Part shown: positions 52,101-57,115 of the stretch, piece after piece
Numbering within the stretch: the first letter of the stretch is position 1
Layout of the letters: each line of letters starts with the position of its first letter
From: a virus
Length of the DNA: 57,115 nt
IMG/VR virus record: IMGVR_UViG_3300009435_000003
Strand: one strand, 5' to 3'
Made by a program: the position numbers and the translations under genes
The notes under the pieces: generated by a model
What the model was told of the DNA's origin: nothing
Database searches by the model: none
Seen by the model: only the letters and a program-made list of their open reading frames with translations

Positions 52101-54524
52101 TGATGCCCACTCTGGTGGCTCATGCAAGAGTCTCATGTCAATCGCAGTCGGTCCGTTCCTTCCCTGTCTCTGAGAAGCCCCAAAGTGAGCCACATCCACG
52201 GTGTCAATCTTCTGGACACCAGAGGCTCTGTTTCTTTCGTCGTAATACACAACACCGAAGTCGTGTGTCGCACCAGCCTTGAAGCTCTGAACCTTTTCAG
52301 ACTCTCCAAACACATCAACATTTCCTACAGCGTCGTAATCAAAAAGCAAAGACTTAATGCTACTAGAGCCATTGTCGTAGTCCTCGACAGTAAACCCATC
52401 CGCATTCACATGCGTTGAGTTGATGATGACGCTGTGCTCATCAATGTCGTAGACATCATATCCGCTATAATTTTCTGCAACCAGAGGATGGTTTGAAGTA
52501 TCAACAAACTGGTTTCCTGTTTGAGTTGAGCCAAAGCCCCTATTTACACCCTTCACGAACTGTGATGAAAGGTCAACACCAGCCATCCGAACAAAGAACC
52601 TAACTTTTGTTGGCGAGATAACCGAAGAGGAGTGAATGACAAACTTTAATTCTCCTGAAAATCCTACAAACAACTGGTTCTTGTTGTTGATGTTTGATGG
52701 GATTAAGTCATGGTTGGCACCCCCAACAGCAGCCATGTGGGTGGTCATCCTCCCAAACTGACCCTCGTTGTTGTCGTTAGAAGAAAGGTTGTTTCCATAG
52801 GCATCTCCAGCCTGAGAGCTTGAGGTCTGACCCGGAGACACCCCAACGAATGCAGATGTTTGGCCAACAACACCATCAATCAGGGCATCCCGAAAGTTAT
52901 CCAAGTTTGTTACGTCAGACACATCGAACTGCTTGCTGAATATGATGTCGCTATTTGGGGTGAAATTTGATAGTGCTCCGTTCGTGTTATCGGGGTGAAG
53001 AATTGTGCAGTTCTGCGAGTGTACTAGCTGCCCGTTTTGAAACGTACTAGCCGGAACATCAATAGCACTGTCGTTGTCCCCAGAACACATGATTCCAATT
53101 TTACTCGAAGACAGATTTACACTGAAGTCAATAGATGGAGACATGTCCGCAGGAAAACCACCTTCAGGAAACTCTGAAAGGTCTACATCAAAATGGATTC
53201 CCGTCGTGGTGAAGCTATTGTCACTGGTGTTATCAGGGTCTGTAAAGCCATAACCGTCAAGGTGATTTGCTGCAAAATCCAACTCCGATGGACTAGCTGA
53301 GCTAGTGCCATTCAATGGGGCAAAGAAGGCTTCAGCAAAGTCTGTGTTATACGAACCACTAAAGGAACTGTAATAGGCGTTATTTGACCTTACGATAGCA
53401 TCGTTGTCATTAACTGTAAAGTCATAGTCTCCACCAAGAGAGCTCTCGGGTTTGTACACTGGGTAGTTGTAGACATCTGTTTCTATGTTGTCAAACCCCT
53501 CTAAGTAGTTCCCGTAAATCAACCTACCGTCAGACACGCATTGAGCCCCAGCTCTTCTGGGAACTGCATCAAAAGACTTGTTCACCTCCTCATCGGAGAG
53601 GAAGGTGTAGGCTCCATCGTTTCTGAAGATAAAGTTTTGAGTCAGCGTACCTATGCTCACAGGCTCGACATTATCAAGCTCCTTAATAAGCACGAACGCA
53701 CCATCATTATTCTTTCTACCGAACAACCTAATCTTCTCAACGGGACCGCTGGAGTTAGTGATTGTTAGCCTAAGCTCATTGTTTCTTTTCTCTAGCGAGC
53801 CAAACTCTCTAGAGTTGAATGCAGTGTGAGACTTACTTACAGCTAGGGATGAGTACGCAGAAAGCGCAGACACCTCGCCATCGTCATAAACGTATTGATA
53901 CGCGAACTGAAAGCAAGACTCTTTGAGGTTGTTTACACCTAAGCTTTGATTGGTTTGAAATGCAAACGTAATTACATCCTGAGGCGGTGCCTTTGCAACA
54001 GTGAGAAACTTCGATTTAGTTTGGTCTGTGCCACCTGTGAATGCGGAGCTGTACTGCCCAAGGATTGCCTTGGTAGCGTTAATCTTTCTAGGTTCGTTTC
54101 TGTTGTCGGTGAAGTAGAGTAAGTGCTCTTGAAATTGATTAACAACAATATCAGCCTTCACGAAACCGCCTTGGGAAAAGTTTAAAACGTCGTCCTCATA
54201 AACCTTTCTGTAGGTGTTGTCAGAAGAATCATACAGGTAGATACCGTGACTACCGTTTGAGTTGTAGAGAAAGAAGTAGATGCTCTTCTCTGCGTCAGAT
54301 GACACACACCCAATGACCCTATTGGTGCCAGAGCTTGGGATAGCGTCTTCGGAAGTTCTTGCAGCTATAGCAGTATTGCCCTGCACGTTTTTTACCACGC
54401 CTTGTTGCCCGTCACTCTCGTGTGAAACGCGAATGTTGAGAGCATCAGTCATCTCAAAAGGCTTTACAAGTCTTTCGTCCTCATCCTTGTTGAGATACTG
54501 GGGTACAAGCTTCTCAATAGCCAT
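49191..54524 (-). CDS. 1,777-aa tail nozzle/tubular-B-like structural protein (putative)
   Basis: Positional call: it follows adaptor-like genes after the capsid, as in the T7-type order. Beta-rich, Asn/Ser/Thr/Gly-rich. Confidence 0.45.
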   Translation of the reverse strand: MAIEKLVPQYLNKDEDERLVKPFEMTDALNIRVSHESDGQQGVVKNVQGNTAIAARTSEDAIPSSGTNRVIGCVSSDAEKSIYFFLYNSNGSHGIYLYDSSDNTYRKVYEDDVLNFSQGGFVKADIVVNQFQEHLLYFTDNRNEPRKINATKAILGQYSSAFTGGTDQTKSKFLTVAKAPPQDVITFAFQTNQSLGVNNLKESCFQFAYQYVYDDGEVSALSAYSSLAVSKSHTAFNSREFGSLEKRNNELRLTITNSSGPVEKIRLFGRKNNDGAFVLIKELDNVEPVSIGTLTQNFIFRNDGAYTFLSDEEVNKSFDAVPRRAGAQCVSDGRLIYGNYLEGFDNIETDVYNYPVYKPESSLGGDYDFTVNDNDAIVRSNNAYYSSFSGSYNTDFAEAFFAPLNGTSSASPSELDFAANHLDGYGFTDPDNTSDNSFTTTGIHFDVDLSEFPEGGFPADMSPSIDFSVNLSSSKIGIMCSGDNDSAIDVPASTFQNGQLVHSQNCTILHPDNTNGALSNFTPNSDIIFSKQFDVSDVTNLDNFRDALIDGVVGQTSAFVGVSPGQTSSSQAGDAYGNNLSSNDNNEGQFGRMTTHMAAVGGANHDLIPSNINNKNQLFVGFSGELKFVIHSSSVISPTKVRFFVRMAGVDLSSQFVKGVNRGFGSTQTGNQFVDTSNHPLVAENYSGYDVYDIDEHSVIINSTHVNADGFTVEDYDNGSSSIKSLLFDYDAVGNVDVFGESEKVQSFKAGATHDFGVVYYDERNRASGVQKIDTVDVAHFGASQRQGRNGPTAIDMRLLHEPPEWASKWAPMYSKNTSYDKIMQVSIAEACLGKQTTFSDILSPQNVVADRDRPVIESIAGGINGQIFVSMRPTEGKANSYKEFKGGQLDYQYQEGDVMRIIEYVGPDGSRIRPMHEFAITSYKYYVDDDKNPIKLSVQSTASDGGAVQSDENNFRRTGWFLTVRDNNTPRFSRDEIAVGTDFFSQGCVVEIYRPQKGQENRIYYEVGRCYDIKTIGGTRTHGGDRSNTSVPAFSITVEGEFSFISSQRLYNGDRVNTGDNADGDAISSTGRVFVESVRPEGNGLFVYSVHPSNPFSSNTIGTTASANTVDTTVGSGNSLFPGVITLREGDVYMRIREQLFNPESSFAPVSGITRIFDPTKVDEARYRKQIVESESVSDFFDSKAINIGRPFVETVEQKEITRESAVTYSDRFVSDSSRLNLSSFNPSLFPFKDYNSQHGIITYLVDAGESFFNLQENKVSLTPVGRTLIQSTGQSQLVTSTDVLGKETYLSGTYGPGRNPESVVERFGRIYFSDMSSGKVIAVTSSGISPISDTKMESFFETAFMNAFESTSTPRLPSGIDPENSEFIVTIESTDTAPLGFGGTTVGDIVKPPTNPDVTSADGRVSIVASTNTLTWDKDEYPWDSAHINSDDREPIWNKTHVGVVYADLLMKRGSVFVDPIHVDKEEKVPVDVVLSTSGEFRGTAELSCKDGSIKFCTSIIDIGANVASDASDAVAVGSAVTNNGETIAYSTTKEFWMTRYSFIPEMYAHIHNRFFSFEGGQMYRHNINATRNNFYGNQFNSTVDMVSKQTPSMVKAYTAMSLEGNDTWSGAIENNTQNTTITEAMFEEKEGMYYTNIPRGIAANASDSIGTERIVLGVVASQANSNKEITFTSRISNLPFGIGDTVKTLTGSAEGNTTKTIQSVKDRKTIVVDSDPGNLVGSTLMALSSDVINGEVLRDYYAKFKLVNDNTSAVELYGVNAVYTPSPLDNSQNQ

Positions 54525-55345
54525 TAGTACTTAGGTGATTGCTTGAAGTTCTTGCGAATAATTTGAAGCGCATCCTCTTTGCTGAACGCCTTAAGTCTAG
54601 CGTTCGCCTTTCTCCTCTCGTTGTAGTAATCCTGTCTTGCCCTTCCCTTCTCACCCAATGGTACACTCGTCTTTCTTTCGATTAACTTGTAGTACATGTA
54701 AGAGCGTAAGGCTTCTTCAGCCTCAACGTGAACTGTAGGGTTTGAAGAACGGGCCTCATCTGCGATGTATTCAATAACAATCTCATCACCTGAACCAGAT
54801 GACAATTCAATCCTGTTCTGGTCCTCATTGAGCCTGTACTGGCCTTCGTAGAACCCGCCGCCTAGCCCGTAAATCTGTCCGATACCCCCTTGAAAAACAT
54901 AGTTGCTAAACGTGATGAAGTCTTCGTCACCAAATACACCACCAGATGTAGCTCCTTTATCGTCCACTCGGTCAAACACGCCGTCTCCGTTGGAGTCAAC
55001 CGCATCAGCTGTAGTTGCTGCTTTTGTCCCGCTGCTATTTGCGTATGCTTGCGCGTAGTCAATGTTCTTGTTCTCTGCAAACACATGAACCAATCCATCG
55101 CTACCCACAATACCAACCTTAATCAGGCTTACAAAATCATCCGGGAGGTCAACAGTATCGTTGGAGTTTGACTTAAGCTTTACTGAGCGAACTCGCTTCA
55201 GCATATCAAATCCCATCTCCCTGATTCCACGTAGAGCAAGGTTCCTGATAACAACATCAGAAGCATTGCTGACGTAATCATCAGAGTCAATAGTTAGAAC
55301 AAAGTCATTTACTACCTGCTCTACGGTGACGAGGTTCCTTGCCAT
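54524..55345 (-). CDS. Head-tail adaptor / tubular-A-like protein (putative)
   Basis: 273 aa, TAATG-coupled to the 1,777-aa gene. Confidence 0.4.
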   Translation of the reverse strand: MARNLVTVEQVVNDFVLTIDSDDYVSNASDVVIRNLALRGIREMGFDMLKRVRSVKLKSNSNDTVDLPDDFVSLIKVGIVGSDGLVHVFAENKNIDYAQAYANSSGTKAATTADAVDSNGDGVFDRVDDKGATSGGVFGDEDFITFSNYVFQGGIGQIYGLGGGFYEGQYRLNEDQNRIELSSGSGDEIVIEYIADEARSSNPTVHVEAEEALRSYMYYKLIERKTSVPLGEKGRARQDYYNERRKANARLKAFSKEDALQIIRKNFKQSPKY

Positions 55346-55348
55346 GTG

Positions 55349-56086
55349 TTATCTCTTTTGCGATTGAGTCTCTGCGTAGTTGTAGATGTTAGCGTCACGC
55401 AGTGTAACACCGATAAGTCTAGCCATCTCCTCGATAATCTCAGGGATGTAATGCTCAGGAAGCTCGAAATCTATGCTGCTTGCAGCTGCGTAAGTCTCCT
55501 TGTTATTGACAACTGTAAACCCAAACGTAGGCATGGATACAGTTCTAGCACCAGTAGTAGCGAGCAAACCCTCGGGCTGCTTGTAGTATCGGACATTAAT
55601 CTTTTTGATACTAGTGGGAAACACCATAATTTCATCATCCAAGAAAGCAACAGGATTGTCCTCAGTCGGCTTGCTCAGATTGCTTGATAGAATGTACTCA
55701 AGCTTTTCCTCATCGTATTCGACAGGAACAGTAACAGACGATGACACATCCATTAGGATTGAGCCGTGTGTCTTTACCGTAATGATTTTAGCTAGGTCAT
55801 CCGGCTTTGCAAAGTGAGAACCAGAAGTTCTAGGGATTGCTCCAGACGACTTAGAGAACAGAGCCAAGTCCTCTTTAACCTGCTTAGACAAAGACTTATC
55901 TCTACCGGGGTCAATACCCCTCCTCTTCAAAGCCTCAATGTCGCTGAGCTTAGTGAACAGCTTATTGAATATGTTGGCCTGTGCGATTGGTGCAAACGCA
56001 TTGAATTGGGCGGGTGTAACAAAGCCTCGCTGGTCTTTATTAGCGATGTCTTTCAGTGCATTGTAAACTTCTCGTACGCTTGCCAT
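55349..56086 (-). CDS. Structural protein (putative)
   Basis: 245 aa, own promoter following a terminator. Confidence 0.45.
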   Translation of the reverse strand: MASVREVYNALKDIANKDQRGFVTPAQFNAFAPIAQANIFNKLFTKLSDIEALKRRGIDPGRDKSLSKQVKEDLALFSKSSGAIPRTSGSHFAKPDDLAKIITVKTHGSILMDVSSSVTVPVEYDEEKLEYILSSNLSKPTEDNPVAFLDDEIMVFPTSIKKINVRYYKQPEGLLATTGARTVSMPTFGFTVVNNKETYAAASSIDFELPEHYIPEIIEEMARLIGVTLRDANIYNYAETQSQKR

Positions 56087-56106
56087 GGATTAGGGGAATC
56101 TCCTGC

Positions 56107-56114
56107 AAATATAC
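56107..56114 (-). promoter_or_regulatory. Host-type -7 box TATATTTG
   Basis: + strand CAAATATA, 20 nt before ATG 56086. Confidence 0.5.
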
Positions 56115-56146
56115 AGAAAAAGAAAGGGGGCTATGCGCCCCCCTTC
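56115..56146 (-). terminator. Rho-independent terminator after the 268-aa gene
   Basis: On the - strand: GGGGGGCGCATAGCCCCC hairpin followed by TTTCTTTTTCTG. Confidence 0.75.
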
Positions 56147-56166
56147 CCCTGATGATTACGTTGATA

Positions 56167-56973
56167 TTAGGCAATAGCCTCTAGCTGGCGTTCCAGCTCT
56201 GAGAGTACCGTTGAACCTTTATCAGTCATTACAAATCTAGTCATTACTTCTACAGCATCCTGTCCTACAGGTATAGAAACAATCATCTTACCTGTATCAA
56301 ACCAAACCACAGCACCCTTCCTTTCTTCAATTACTTGAAAGTCAAGGGATTGTGATACGGTAGAACGAGCGTTAACCATTGGACTATCAATCGTACCCAA
56401 GAACTTAGCTGGGTTTGATTTTGCAATCTTAATAAGAGCATGCTTTATGGCAAGGTCTTTTTGATTGGTGTTGATGTTTAGCGCAAGAGCAACAGGTAAG
56501 AGCTCATCTAGCGGTCTTGATTTGATGATTGAGATAGCATCATTAATCTTGAACTCACTCTCTATATCCGCCTCAAACGTTTCTTCCTTGTTCATCAGTT
56601 GAAACAGGATACCCCCATTCGCCTTGTTGTCTGGATGATTGTCTAGAAACGCGGAGAGATTTGATTGGTCTGGGTAAACTGTAAGATAGCTCTTGTCAAA
56701 GAGTACCTGACCCACCTGAGCTAGGTTAGTTTGCTCATCAACCCAAGGTGAGTTTTCTTGTGGGCAATACCTTAGAGCCCGAATCCTTTTGGTTTCAGGG
56801 TCAATGGCTCTAACATTCTTTGATGAAATCTTTAAGATAAAATCATTACCACTGATTACCTCGTAAGTCTTTGGGGCGGTATCCGCATTAGGAATAACCC
56901 TCTTAAATGAAGTGCCTGATGGCTTGGTAGTTTTTTGAGGCGGTCTACCACCGCGCTTCTTTGTCTGTTCCAT
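56167..56973 (-). CDS. Hypothetical protein with basic GRP (AT-hook-like) N-terminus, insulated by terminators
   Basis: 268 aa; MEQTKKRGGRPPQKTTKP. A monocistronic unit between the capsid terminator and its own terminator. Confidence 0.55.
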   Translation of the reverse strand: MEQTKKRGGRPPQKTTKPSGTSFKRVIPNADTAPKTYEVISGNDFILKISSKNVRAIDPETKRIRALRYCPQENSPWVDEQTNLAQVGQVLFDKSYLTVYPDQSNLSAFLDNHPDNKANGGILFQLMNKEETFEADIESEFKINDAISIIKSRPLDELLPVALALNINTNQKDLAIKHALIKIAKSNPAKFLGTIDSPMVNARSTVSQSLDFQVIEERKGAVVWFDTGKMIVSIPVGQDAVEVMTRFVMTDKGSTVLSELERQLEAIA

Positions 56974-56985
56974 TCTAAAAAATTA
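56974..56985 (-). promoter_or_regulatory. -7 box variant TAATTTTT + 4 nt + ATG
   Basis: + strand AAAAATTA at 56978-56985. Confidence 0.4.
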
Positions 56986-57027
56986 AATTAAGAAAGTAAC
57001 GAGGGGGAGAGCACTTCCCTCCCCCGC
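56986..57027 (-). terminator. Rho-independent terminator after the capsid gene (hairpin also present at 9-35)
   Basis: On the - strand: GGGGGAGGGAAGTGCTCTCCCCC hairpin (GGGGGAG/CTCCCCC stem) followed by TCGTTACTTTCTTAATTTAATTTTTT. Confidence 0.75.
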
Positions 57028-57115
57028 ATTACCAATTAGATTACTTGAGCAATACGTGCTGGTTAGCAGCGCGAGTTACCAAGCAGCACTCAGAGCGATA
57101 GTGGAACTTCGCAAC
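56993..57115. repeat. Second copy of the 123-bp terminal repeat
   Basis: Identical to 1-123. Confidence 0.95.

Overview
The window is a complete, circularly closed phage genome: about 56,992 bp of unique sequence, with bases 1-123 repeated exactly at 56993-57115. It looks like a virulent, short-tailed (podovirus-type) dsDNA phage. I found no integrase, tape-measure protein, sheath, DNA polymerase or stand-alone RNA polymerase. Three signals point to a Bacteroidota (probably Flavobacteriia) host: TAnnTTTG -7 boxes, no Shine-Dalgarno sequences, and A-rich leaders. There are two transcription arms. (i) The + strand early/replication arm (22.0-35.7 kb) carries an ArdC-like antirestriction protein, many small ORFs, an annealing protein plus PD-(D/E)XK exonuclease, tRNA-Arg(UCU), DUF3310, a primase-helicase, a T7 endonuclease-I-like resolvase and several nuclease-fold/HTH proteins. 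It ends at a strong terminator near 35.7 kb. (ii) The - strand arm runs 21.4 kb -> 1 and wraps to 57 kb -> 35.7 kb. In order it carries a secreted M43 metalloprotease, small proteins, a lytic transglycosylase, TerL, portal, a block of fibers, scaffold and capsid. After the wrap come an insulated 268-aa gene, adaptor-like genes, a 1,777-aa nozzle-like protein, internal proteins including a 3,286-aa giant, and a YkuD-fold lysis cassette. The most interesting signal is a 60-65 nt tripartite cassette repeated 8-9 times in front of the early genes (8 clear copies plus a degenerate one before the tRNA). Its core (ACTATAGAA) resembles SP6/T7-type single-subunit RNAP promoters, it contains a covarying hairpin, and it is unlike the host-type promoters on the other arm, yet no matching polymerase gene is visible. 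The giant virion protein is the obvious place to look for one (an N4/crAss-like strategy); this is a hypothesis, not demonstrated. CDS coordinates follow the ORF track, with starts re-picked by arithmetic where the track began at TTG/GTG. Non-CDS motif coordinates are read by eye and may be off by 1-2 nt.
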